Origin: an uncultured Gammaproteobacteria bacterium
Lineage (GTDB): Bacteria; Patescibacteriota; Microgenomatia; Levybacterales; UBA12049
DNA length: 64,000 nt
Reading direction: 5' to 3'
Assembly: GCA_964537895.1 (NCBI GenBank)
Contig: CAZIDK010000002.1
Span: 82,684-146,683, forward strand
A program made the position numbers and the translations under genes. This document shows positions 27,064-35,917 of the stretch, piece by piece. The first letter of the stretch is position 1. Each line of letters begins with the position of its first letter. The notes beneath the pieces were generated by a model that was not told the DNA's origin, did not search any database, and saw only the letters and a list, made by a program, of their open reading frames with translations.

Positions 27064-28505
27064 AACTAAACAGCTTAAACATTAAAGAGGCTAAGGAAGG
27101 GTTAAAAAAAAGGGATTTTTCTTCTTTTGAATTAACCAGAGCTTGTCTTGACCAAATAAAAAAGCTCGAAGGAAAATTGAATGCTTTTGTCACGATTACG
27201 GAAAACGAAGCTTTGGAACAAGCGAAAGAAGCCGACATTGAATTAGCTTCGCAAGGCGACGCCTTGGAGGCTAAGCCGCTTTTAGGAATTCCCATTGCTA
27301 TTAAAGATAATTTTTCAACGCTTGGCATTAAAACAACTGCGTCAAGTAAGGTGTTGGAAGATTATATCCCGCCATACGATGCAACAGTTGTTAAAAAATT
27401 AAAAGATGCGGGAATGGTTCTCTTAGGAAAAACCAATATGGACGCTTGGGCTCACGGCTCCTCTACGGAAACTTCTGATTTTGGAGTAACCAGAAATCCC
27501 TGGAACATAAACCATCTGCCCGGAGGCTCTTCGGGAGGGTCTGCGGCTGCAGTTGCAGCGGATGAAGTCATCGCCGCAATCGGTTCCGAGACAGCAGGCT
27601 CAATAAGACAACCTGCCAGCTGGTGCGGTGTTGTGGGACTAAAACCAACATATGGAAGAGTCAGCAGATACGGAGTTATAGCAATGGGTTCATCTTTAGA
27701 TTCTCCGGGCCCGATAACCAAAACCGTTGAGGACAGTGCTTTAATTTTGGAAGTTCTAGCAGGAAAGGACGAAAAAGACGCCACCACTTCCCCATTGCCG
27801 GTAGGGAATTACTCACAAAAGTTAAATAAAAATATTAAAGAATTGAGAGTGGGAATTTCCAGAGAGTACTTTATCGACGGGATTGATAAAGAAGTTAAAG
27901 AAACAGTTGAAAGGGCTGCTAAAGCATTAGAAAAATTTGGTGCAAAAGTTGAAAATATCAAACTATTCGATCCAAAATATGCGATTGATGTCTACACAAT
28001 AATTCAAAGATCCGAAGTCTCATCCAACTTGGCTAGATACGACGGAATTAGGTACGGAAACGGACGCGATTATTTTAAAGATGAGGCAAAGCGAAGAATT
28101 ATGTTTGGTACCTATGCCCTTTCATCCGGATATTACGACCAGTATTACAATAAAGCCCAGCAGGTAAGAACTGTAATCATCAATGATTTTAATAAAGCTT
28201 TTGAAAAAGTTGATGTAATAATTGCTCCCACAAGTCCTTCTCTGGCCTTACCGGTGGGGGCCACTAAAGATGCAACTATGTTTGGAGAAATTGCAGACGT
28301 ATTGGTAGAACCGTCTTCAATCGCAGGGCTAGCGGGTATAAATATCCCCGTAGGGTTTTCGAAATCGGGTCTTCCGATTGGAATGCAGATAATCGGACCG
28401 CAGTTTAGCGAAACGTTAGTTCTTTCTGTTGCGCATCAATATGAAGTAAATACTCAAAATGAGAATCGGAGAAAACTTAGGCCGAATTTACAATTTAAAA
28501 TTTGA
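27060..28505 (+). CDS. gatA: Asp/Glu-tRNA amidotransferase subunit A
   Basis: GIPIAIKDN, GKTNMD, PGGSSGGSAAAV, GSETAGSIRQPA, SSNLARYDG. Confidence 0.97.
   Translation: MKLNSLNIKEAKEGLKKRDFSSFELTRACLDQIKKLEGKLNAFVTITENEALEQAKEADIELASQGDALEAKPLLGIPIAIKDNFSTLGIKTTASSKVLEDYIPPYDATVVKKLKDAGMVLLGKTNMDAWAHGSSTETSDFGVTRNPWNINHLPGGSSGGSAAAVAADEVIAAIGSETAGSIRQPASWCGVVGLKPTYGRVSRYGVIAMGSSLDSPGPITKTVEDSALILEVLAGKDEKDATTSPLPVGNYSQKLNKNIKELRVGISREYFIDGIDKEVKETVERAAKALEKFGAKVENIKLFDPKYAIDVYTIIQRSEVSSNLARYDGIRYGNGRDYFKDEAKRRIMFGTYALSSGYYDQYYNKAQQVRTVIINDFNKAFEKVDVIIAPTSPSLALPVGATKDATMFGEIADVLVEPSSIAGLAGINIPVGFSKSGLPIGMQIIGPQFSETLVLSVAHQYEVNTQNENRRKLRPNLQFKI
27243..27274. repeat. Palindrome in frame in gatA
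   Basis: TTAGCTTC-G-CAAGGC-GAC-GCCTTG-GAGGCTAA (LASQGDALEAK). Confidence 0.55.
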
Positions 28506-28584
28506 AATTTATAATCAAACTCAAATGTTTTAAAATTGAAACATTGAAAATTCATTGAAAATTTAAAATTGGTAATTAAAAATT
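28485..28584. repeat. AT-rich 7-bp arrays spanning the gatA stop and the gatA-gatB gap
   Basis: AATTTAC AATTTAA AATTTGA AATTTAT ... GAAAATT TAAAATT GGTAATT AAAAATT ATG. Confidence 0.7.
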
Positions 28585-29961
28585 ATGAATAAATATACGC
28601 CAGTAATCGGCCTTGAAGTGCACGTTGAGTTAAAAACCACCAGCAAAATGTTTTGTGCTTGCTCTGCTGACTACTTTGGCAAAAAGCCTAACACCCATAC
28701 TTGCCCCGTTTGCCTTGGTCTTCCTGGCGCACTTCCCTATCCAAATAAAAAAGCAATTGAATGGTGCGTAATGATTGGACTTGCATTAAATTGTAAGATT
28801 CCCCTATTTTCCAAATTCGACAGAAAAAATTATTTTTATCCTGACCTTGCCAAAGGTTACCAAATTTCACAGTATGACAAACCATTTTGCCAAAATGGAT
28901 GGATAGAATTACAAAACGGCAAAAGAATTGGAATTACCAGGGTCCACATGGAAGAAGATACCGGTAAATTAATTCATGAAAAAGTTGACGGAGAAAATGT
29001 AAGCTTAATCGATTTTAACCGAAGCGGAGTCCCGCTTGTTGAAATAGTTACAGAACCGGATTTTGAAACGGCTGATGAAGTAAAAGAATACCTGCAAAAA
29101 CTTCAGCAAATTGTCAGATACCTTGGGGTTTCCAATGCCGACATGGAAAAAGGAGACATGAGATTGGAACCTAACATTTCACTTCGTGAAATCAGCAATC
29201 AGCAATCACCTGCCCGCAATGCTTCGCAAAGCGATGCAGGCGGGGCAATCAGCAATCAATTACCACCCTATAAAGTTGAAGTAAAAAACATAAATTCGTT
29301 TGCTTTTGTATCAAAAGCGATTGATTACGAAATAAAAAGACAAACAGAAATTTTGGAAAAAGGAAAAACTCCCGTACAGGAAACAAGGGGATTTGTTGAA
29401 AAAACCTCGTCGACAGTTACGCAAAGAGTTAAGGAGGAGGCATCAGACTACAGATATTTCCCAGAACCGGATATTCCTCCAATCCGTTGGCTTGAATCTC
29501 AAATTTTAAATCTTAAATCTCAAATGCCGGAGCTTCCGGATGCAAAACTTGATAGGTTTCAAAAACAATACTCACTCTCCCAATACGACAGCGGCCTATT
29601 AACAAGAATAGCTGAGCTTGCAAGTTTTTTTGAAGAAGCTGTTACTTTGGGCAAAGAACACAACCTTATTCCTAAACAAATCGCCAATTTTATTATCAAT
29701 CGAAAAATTAACCTTGATGAAATTCTGCCCGCAGAGCTTGTTAAAAAGGTTGTTTCTGCAAGTAAAACCGATGATATAAACGAAGAAGAGTTAGTAAAAA
29801 TCATTAAAAAAATATTGAAAGATAATCCGAAAATCGCAGAAGATTATAAAAAAGGCAAGGATTCTGTCATCCAGTTTGCCATTGGACAAGTTATGTATAT
29901 AATAAGAAAGAAAATAGATACGGATATTTTGACAAAACTAATAAAGGAGGAATTAAAATAA
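28585..29961 (+). CDS. gatB: Asp/Glu-tRNA amidotransferase subunit B
   Basis: VIGLEVHVEL, FDRKNYFYPDL.KGYQISQ, HMEEDTGK, DYRYFPEPD. Confidence 0.97.
   Translation: MNKYTPVIGLEVHVELKTTSKMFCACSADYFGKKPNTHTCPVCLGLPGALPYPNKKAIEWCVMIGLALNCKIPLFSKFDRKNYFYPDLAKGYQISQYDKPFCQNGWIELQNGKRIGITRVHMEEDTGKLIHEKVDGENVSLIDFNRSGVPLVEIVTEPDFETADEVKEYLQKLQQIVRYLGVSNADMEKGDMRLEPNISLREISNQQSPARNASQSDAGGAISNQLPPYKVEVKNINSFAFVSKAIDYEIKRQTEILEKGKTPVQETRGFVEKTSSTVTQRVKEEASDYRYFPEPDIPPIRWLESQILNLKSQMPELPDAKLDRFQKQYSLSQYDSGLLTRIAELASFFEEAVTLGKEHNLIPKQIANFIINRKINLDEILPAELVKKVVSASKTDDINEEELVKIIKKILKDNPKIAEDYKKGKDSVIQFAIGQVMYIIRKKIDTDILTKLIKEELK
29190..29257. repeat. AATCAGC heptamer array interrupted by a 36-bp palindrome, in frame in gatB
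   Basis: AATCAGC AATCAGC AATCA[CCTGCCCGCAATGCTTCGCAAAGCGATGCAGGCGGG]GC AATCAGC AATC. Confidence 0.85.
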
Positions 29962-30752
29962 TGGCATCAGATATTTCATCAGTTGAAACATCAACACCGC
30001 AAGTACCTTCGAAATTAAGGGAGGCAGGAAGTAGACATGACGAAATAGCCCAGAGAATAAAAACAATAAAAGATTATGCTTTATTAGAAGGGTTACTGGC
30101 ACCAGAAGGACTGGGTGAAGATGAGCATTTTTGGTTTACTGTTATGAATACCTATCGCTCTGTTGAAACCGTGCTTGAAAAACCTATACAGGATAAGGAT
30201 GTAAGAAGAAAAACAGCAATCGCGATTGCCATAGATCAGTCAAAAGAAAAAATGGAGATTGAAAAAAAAGCTGCTACCGATGGACTAACAGGAGCTTGGT
30301 CAAGACGTTCTTTGGATAATTTCTTAGGAAACATGACTGCGAAACAAAGAGAGGATTCTGTTACAGGAGTAATGTTAATTGATATAGACCACTTTAAAAA
30401 AATAAATGACGAAAAAGGACACCCAGCGGGAGATCAAGCACTTAGGGATTTAGTTACCTTGCTTAGAGGACATTCTAGAGGGGATGACATGGTCGCAAGA
30501 TATGGCGGGGAAGAGTTTTGCCTAGTCTTGCCAGGCGGCGGAGGTTTAATAAACGAAAGAGCTGATGAAATAAGAAAAAGCGTTCAGGAAATCTTTGATT
30601 TTACAGTTAGCGTTGGAACAACTAAAATAGATTCCAGCGATACTTCTATAAAATCTGTATATGAAAGAATAGATAAAAACCTTTATAACGTAAAACATAA
30701 CGGCAGAAACAACGTAGCAGACGATAATGGATTAATACACCCTACAGGATAA
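29961..30752 (+). CDS. Diguanylate cyclase (GGDEF domain, GGEEF variant, RxxD I-site)
   Basis: TDGLTG, IDIDHFKKIND..GH..GD, RGDD..ARYGGEEF, K.NGRN. Confidence 0.9.
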   Translation: MASDISSVETSTPQVPSKLREAGSRHDEIAQRIKTIKDYALLEGLLAPEGLGEDEHFWFTVMNTYRSVETVLEKPIQDKDVRRKTAIAIAIDQSKEKMEIEKKAATDGLTGAWSRRSLDNFLGNMTAKQREDSVTGVMLIDIDHFKKINDEKGHPAGDQALRDLVTLLRGHSRGDDMVARYGGEEFCLVLPGGGGLINERADEIRKSVQEIFDFTVSVGTTKIDSSDTSIKSVYERIDKNLYNVKHNGRNNVADDNGLIHPTG

Positions 30753-30756
30753 GTTT

Positions 30757-33700
30757 ATGGCGGATTTTGTACATCTTCATAATCACAGCGAATTTTCTTT
30801 ACTTGACGGTCTTTCGAAAATAAAAGACATGGTCGCTCGTGCAAAAGAGCTCAACATGAAATCAATTGCAATTACCGACCATGGCAACATGTATGGAGCA
30901 ATAACTTTTTACAAAACCTGCATTGAGGAGGGCATAAAACCGATAATCGGCGCTGAAATTTACATAAGCAAAAGATCAAGGCACGACAAAGAAGCCGGTA
31001 TTGATGGAGACAATAACCATCTAATTCTGCTTGCGGAAAACCTTCAAGGATACAAAAATTTGATGAAAATTATTTCCATTGCCAATCTTGAAGGATACTA
31101 TTATAAACCAAGAACGGATATGGAACTTCTAAGGGAGTATCACGAAGGATTAATTTGTTTAAGCGCCTGCGTAAACGGCTATGTTTCCGAACCGCTAATA
31201 GCCAACCAGGAAGAAACTGCAATAAAAAGAGCGCAAACTCTTTCGGAAATATTTGGCAAAGACCATTTTTATCTGGAGATACAAAAACATACTAACGTTA
31301 AAGATCAGGATATTCTAAACGAAAAGTTAATAAAATTATCGCAAAAATTAGGCCTTCCTCTGGTTGCAACAAATGATAACCATTATATTTACAATACCGA
31401 TGCCAAGGCACAGGAAGCACTCCTTTGCATACAGACTCAATCAACGTTAGACACGCCAAACAGAAAGCTTTCGATGATTTCTTCTCCTGATTTTTACATA
31501 AAAAGTCAGGAGGAGATGACAGGACTTTTTATTCAAACTCCGGAAGCAATTGAAAATACAACAAAAATTGCAGACATGTGTAACGTCGAAATTTCGCTCG
31601 GCAAATGGATAATGCCTATTTTTGAGGTTCCGGGAGGCAAAACCCCGGCAGAATACATTACCCAAAAGGTAGAAGAAGGACTTAGGCGTAGATATAAAAA
31701 AATAACTCCGGAAATGAAAGAAAGAACCGATTATGAATTATCGGTTATCCTTAAAAAGGGATACGAAACCTATATATTAATAGTTGCGGATTTTGTTAAT
31801 TGGGCAAAAATGCAAGGCATTACCGTTGGCCCGGGCAGAGGTTCAAATGCCGGTTCTATTGTTTCTTACGCGCTGGGAATATCAGACATTGACCCCTTAT
31901 TTTTTAAGCTTCCCTTCGAAAGGTTTTTAAACCCGATGCGGCCATCTCCGCCGGACATTGATTTGGACTTTGCGGATAACAGAAGGGACGAGGTCATTGA
32001 GTACGTAACGCAAAAGTACGGAAGAGATAAAGTTGCTCAAATTATAACTTTTGGGACAATGGAAGCCAGGGGCTCTGTCAGGGATACCGGCAGAGTAATG
32101 GGTATGCCTTACTCGGCGCCTGACCGGATATCAAAAATGATTCCTCCCGGCTGGCAGGGGCACACAATGACCATAGATAAAGCAATGGAACAAAGTCCCG
32201 AACTTAAACTTGTTTATACAACCGAACCCGAAACCAAAAAGCTACTTGATCTGGCAAGGAAATTAGAAGGGGTAGCACGACATGCATCGGTACATGCGGC
32301 AGGAGTTGTCATAGCAGACAAAGAAATTACAGAATATACTCCCCTGCAGCGTGAATCAAATGGTGACAAAATAATTACACAATATGATATGTATAGCATT
32401 GGTGAGGACGGCGTTGGGCTTTTAAAGATTGATTTCCTGGGCCTTAGAAACTTAACTATTATTCAAGAGGCGCTTAGATTTATAAAAGACAATCAAGAAA
32501 AAGATATCAATTTTTCCAATATTTCGTTTGACGATACAAAAACTTACGAACTCTTGGCTTCGGGAGAAACAACAGGAATATTCCAACTCGAATCTTCCGG
32601 AATGAGAAGGTATATAAAGGAACTAAAGCCGACTTCAATATTCGATTTACAAGCAATGGTTGCTTTATATAGGCCGGGCCCGATGGCTAATATTCCCGAG
32701 TTTATAAAAAGAAAACATAACCCCAAGCTCATAAAATATCCCGATAAAAGACTTGAAGACGTTTTAAAAGAATCTTACGGAATAATTACTTTCCAAGACG
32801 ATCTTCTGCTTACGGCTATAAAAGTTGCCGGATATTCGTGGCTTGAAGCAGACAAGCTAAGAAAAGCTGTGGGTAAAAAAATTCCTTCGGAAATGAAAAA
32901 AGAGCACGATCATTTCGTGCAAGGCTGTATTACAAACGGAATGGCGAAGGAAAAGGCAGAGACACTGTGGATTCTGTTCGAACCTTTTGCCGGATACGGT
33001 TTTGGGAAGGCACATGCTGCTTGTTACGCAACAATCGCTTTCAGAACAGCCTATCTGAAAGCTCATTATCCCGTTGAGTTTATGACTGCTCTTCTTACAG
33101 CGGAGTCCCGCGGATCTTCGGGACCAATAAAGAACGAAAAAATCGCGCAGGCGATTGCCGAATGCAAAAGACTAAAAGTTATCGTGCTCCCTCCGGATAT
33201 AAATAAATCCGACAACGAATTCGAAATCGAAGATGAAAAAAGCATAAGATTTGGACTTTCGGCCATAAAAAACGTCGGAGAAGCTGCGATAGGCAGCATC
33301 CTCAAGAAAAGAAAGAGCGGTCCCTTCAAAAATCTGGAAGATTTTTGTTCGCGGGTAGATCTTAGCGCTGTAAACAAAAAGACCGTTGAGAGCTTAATCA
33401 AAGCCGGCGCAATGGATAACTTTGGCAAACGTGCGAATCTTCTAATTAATTATCCTGAAATTATAGAAAAATCTCATAGGAAAATAAAACAGCAGCAATC
33501 GGGCCAAACGAATCTTTTTGGCGATTCCGATGAAAACGACTTTGCTTCTTTACCAAAAGACGTTGAGGAATTCTCATCAAACGAAAAATTAGCTTTTGAA
33601 AAAGAGTTTTTAGGTTTTTATTTAACCTCTCACCCCCAAATGGACAGCCTGTCAAAAATTAGATCGCTTGTTAGCCACGAGATTGAGCTACTACAGGAGG

Positions 33701-33975
33701 AAAACGAAGGCACCAAGGTAACTATTGGCGGTATTATCGAGAACATAAGAAGAATATTCACAAAGAAAACCGGAAACGAAATGGCATTTATTACATTAAG
33801 CGATGAAAAAGGATTAATTGCCGAATGCATAATTTTTCCGAGGATATTTGAACAATATAAAAATTTACTGCTAAAAGATTCTGTGATAGTCGTTAGCGGA
33901 AAAATCGACACAAAAAATGACAAACCGATAATTATTGCCGAAAGAATATCTTCGTTCGCCAATTTTTCTTCTTGA
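30757..33975 (+). CDS. dnaE: DNA polymerase III alpha subunit
   Basis: FVHLHNHSEFSLLDG, GPGRGS, PDIDLDF, HAAGVVI, OB-fold C-terminus; no intein seen. Confidence 0.98.
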   Translation: MADFVHLHNHSEFSLLDGLSKIKDMVARAKELNMKSIAITDHGNMYGAITFYKTCIEEGIKPIIGAEIYISKRSRHDKEAGIDGDNNHLILLAENLQGYKNLMKIISIANLEGYYYKPRTDMELLREYHEGLICLSACVNGYVSEPLIANQEETAIKRAQTLSEIFGKDHFYLEIQKHTNVKDQDILNEKLIKLSQKLGLPLVATNDNHYIYNTDAKAQEALLCIQTQSTLDTPNRKLSMISSPDFYIKSQEEMTGLFIQTPEAIENTTKIADMCNVEISLGKWIMPIFEVPGGKTPAEYITQKVEEGLRRRYKKITPEMKERTDYELSVILKKGYETYILIVADFVNWAKMQGITVGPGRGSNAGSIVSYALGISDIDPLFFKLPFERFLNPMRPSPPDIDLDFADNRRDEVIEYVTQKYGRDKVAQIITFGTMEARGSVRDTGRVMGMPYSAPDRISKMIPPGWQGHTMTIDKAMEQSPELKLVYTTEPETKKLLDLARKLEGVARHASVHAAGVVIADKEITEYTPLQRESNGDKIITQYDMYSIGEDGVGLLKIDFLGLRNLTIIQEALRFIKDNQEKDINFSNISFDDTKTYELLASGETTGIFQLESSGMRRYIKELKPTSIFDLQAMVALYRPGPMANIPEFIKRKHNPKLIKYPDKRLEDVLKESYGIITFQDDLLLTAIKVAGYSWLEADKLRKAVGKKIPSEMKKEHDHFVQGCITNGMAKEKAETLWILFEPFAGYGFGKAHAACYATIAFRTAYLKAHYPVEFMTALLTAESRGSSGPIKNEKIAQAIAECKRLKVIVLPPDINKSDNEFEIEDEKSIRFGLSAIKNVGEAAIGSILKKRKSGPFKNLEDFCSRVDLSAVNKKTVESLIKAGAMDNFGKRANLLINYPEIIEKSHRKIKQQQSGQTNLFGDSDENDFASLPKDVEEFSSNEKLAFEKEFLGFYLTSHPQMDSLSKIRSLVSHEIELLQEENEGTKVTIGGIIENIRRIFTKKTGNEMAFITLSDEKGLIAECIIFPRIFEQYKNLLLKDSVIVVSGKIDTKNDKPIIIAERISSFANFSS

Positions 33976-34000
33976 CTTGGAAAAAAATTATCTTTAAAAT
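33972..34000 (+). promoter_or_regulatory. Promoter of the atp operon (leaderless atpB)
   Basis: TTGACT-17 nt-TAAAAT, 7 nt before ATG 34008. Confidence 0.65.
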
Positions 34001-34007
34001 AAGGCTG

Positions 34008-34745
34008 ATGGTCTCATTTGCAGCAGAACCTGTTTTTAGTTTGGGCTTTTTTCAGATTACAAACACCTTTATTCATACCCTCTTAGTTGACGGGATACTC
34101 ATCGCAACGTGCTTCTACTTCAGAAATAAAATTACTCTTATTCCGGGAAAAATTCAAAATCTTGCGGAGCTTGCCATCGAGACTTTTTATAATCTTTCGG
34201 AATCAATCGCCGGGGAACGAGGGAAGAAAATCTTCCCTTATTTTATGACTTTTTTTCTCTTCATACTTATCGCGAACTGGACCGCTCTTCTTCCGGGATT
34301 CAACGTTTTAGGAATTAAAGAACACGAAGGTTTAGTCCCATTATTAAGAGGCGCTACAAGCGACGTAAATGTCACGTTTGGCCTTGCAATAATTTCTATA
34401 GTTGCCACGCATATTTTCAGTATAAAAACCATAGGTATCCGCGAGTATTTGTCCAGATATCTTTCTCTTAATCCTGTATTTCTTTTTATAGGGATTCTGG
34501 AAATAATTTCGGAATTTACAAAAATAGTCTCGTTAGGTTTCCGTTTATTCGGAAACATTTTTGCGGGTGAAATAGTTTTGGGTACAGTTTCCGGCCTTTT
34601 CGCTATTGTGGTTCCCCTACCATTTCTTACGCTCGAAGTGATTGTAGGATTTGTACAGGCTTTAGTTTTTGCAATGTTAACGCTTACTTTTATGACAATT
34701 CTTTCAACACCTCATCACGAAGAGGCAAAGGAGGTGAGTCATTAA
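34008..34745 (+). CDS. atpB: ATP synthase F0 subunit a
   Basis: SLGFRLFGNIFAGE, VQALVFAMLT. Confidence 0.95.
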   Translation: MVSFAAEPVFSLGFFQITNTFIHTLLVDGILIATCFYFRNKITLIPGKIQNLAELAIETFYNLSESIAGERGKKIFPYFMTFFLFILIANWTALLPGFNVLGIKEHEGLVPLLRGATSDVNVTFGLAIISIVATHIFSIKTIGIREYLSRYLSLNPVFLFIGILEIISEFTKIVSLGFRLFGNIFAGEIVLGTVSGLFAIVVPLPFLTLEVIVGFVQALVFAMLTLTFMTILSTPHHEEAKEVSH

Positions 34746-34952
34746 GTGGAATTTCACGTTACAGGAGGTCTTATAATCGCTATCGGAGGAATGCTTCCTG
34801 CATTAGCTGTCGGACTTATTGGTGCAAAAGCTATGGAAGCCATGGGAAGAAACCCGGAAGCATCCGGAAAAATCCTCCCGGCTATGATTTTAGGGATGGC
34901 ATTTGCAGAAGCTATTGCTATTTACGCATTAATCCTGGCATTTATCGGCTAA
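34746..34952 (+). CDS. atpE: ATP synthase F0 subunit c
   Basis: [17 protein letters not shown]; strong SD AAGGAGGTGA. Confidence 0.95.
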   Translation: MEFHVTGGLIIAIGGMLPALAVGLIGAKAMEAMGRNPEASGKILPAMILGMAFAEAIAIYALILAFIG

Positions 34953-34958
34953 TAAAAT

Positions 34959-35456
34959 ATGGAAATATTTACAAAATTTGGGTTTGATCCCGTTATGCTC
35001 GGTGCTCAAATCATAAATTTTCTAATCATTTTTTATATACTAAAAAGGTTTTTATATAAACCTATCCTTGAAATGCTTAAAAAACGCAAGGATGCCATTG
35101 AAAAGGGAGTAAAAGATGCGGAGGAAGGCAGGCTAACATTAGAAAAGGCGCTGGAAGAAGAAAAAAAGATTTTAAGAAAAGCGCAGGAACAATCAAAAAA
35201 AATTATTGATGACGCCGCGAGTCAAGCCATTCTAATAGCAAACGATATTGGGCAAAATTCAAGAAAACAAGCGGAAAAAATACTTGATGATGCAAAAACT
35301 CAAATCCAGCAAGAAACAAAAGAAGCGGAAAAAAGATTATCACAAGATGTTAGTAAATTATCCATTGAGTTTCTTAGTACATCCTTAAAGGAAATTTTTG
35401 GAGAAAAAGAAGAAAAATTAATAATAAAAAAGACATTAAAACAACTAAAAAAATAG
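34959..35456 (+). CDS. atpF: ATP synthase F0 subunit b
   Basis: QIINFLI....F.YKPI..L..RK..I, then coiled coil. Confidence 0.93.
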   Translation: MEIFTKFGFDPVMLGAQIINFLIIFYILKRFLYKPILEMLKKRKDAIEKGVKDAEEGRLTLEKALEEEKKILRKAQEQSKKIIDDAASQAILIANDIGQNSRKQAEKILDDAKTQIQQETKEAEKRLSQDVSKLSIEFLSTSLKEIFGEKEEKLIIKKTLKQLKK

Positions 35457-35556
35457 TATGACCCATTCGATACGTTCGATAAACTCAGTATCGCACTGAG
35501 CAAAATCGAATGTGCGACGTTGTTCAGGGTCATAATGAGTAAAATCGAATTATGAC
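35457..35556. repeat. Nested TGAG-N-TCGAA REP-like element filling the atpF-atpH gap; last hairpin covers the atpH ATG
   Basis: TATGACCC...GGGTCATA outer stem with two inner hairpins; GTCATAA-TGAG-TAAAA-TCGAA-TTATGAC. Confidence 0.8.
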
Positions 35557-35917
35557 AAAAAAATATATTAAAAAAATAGCCTTGGCAAGTTATGCAAAAA
35601 ATGAATTGGATTCTAAAAAAGTTAGAAAAATCGCCGGCTTTTTAACACGAAATAATCTTAAACAATACATAAAAGAATTAAAATTGTTGGAAAGTCAAAA
35701 AACTATTACAATTTTAACGCCGTCATTTAGCAAAACAACGCAAAATGATATAAAAAAACAATTTGCTAAAGTTTTCGTTGGTAAAAAGATTATAATAGAT
35801 AGTGATCCGTCTTTAATTCTTGGCGTAAAAGTAATAAATAACGATTTAATTTATAACTTGAGTTTAAAAAATACACTTGATAATCTAAATATGCATATAA
35901 ATGAACAGTATGATTGA
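35552..35917 (+). CDS. atpH: ATP synthase F1 delta subunit (short)
   Basis: Operon position; DPSLILGVKV...D..Y..SLK..L. Confidence 0.8.
   Translation: MTKKYIKKIALASYAKNELDSKKVRKIAGFLTRNNLKQYIKELKLLESQKTITILTPSFSKTTQNDIKKQFAKVFVGKKIIIDSDPSLILGVKVINNDLIYNLSLKNTLDNLNMHINEQYD

Noticed and set aside
30757-33975. Intein in dnaE
   Set aside because: Length (1072 aa) and motif spacing are normal; no splicing motifs seen.
35300-35533. 77-aa minus-strand ORF and the other short antisense ORFs in the track
   Set aside because: Shadow ORFs over well-supported genes or repeats, without motifs or start signals.
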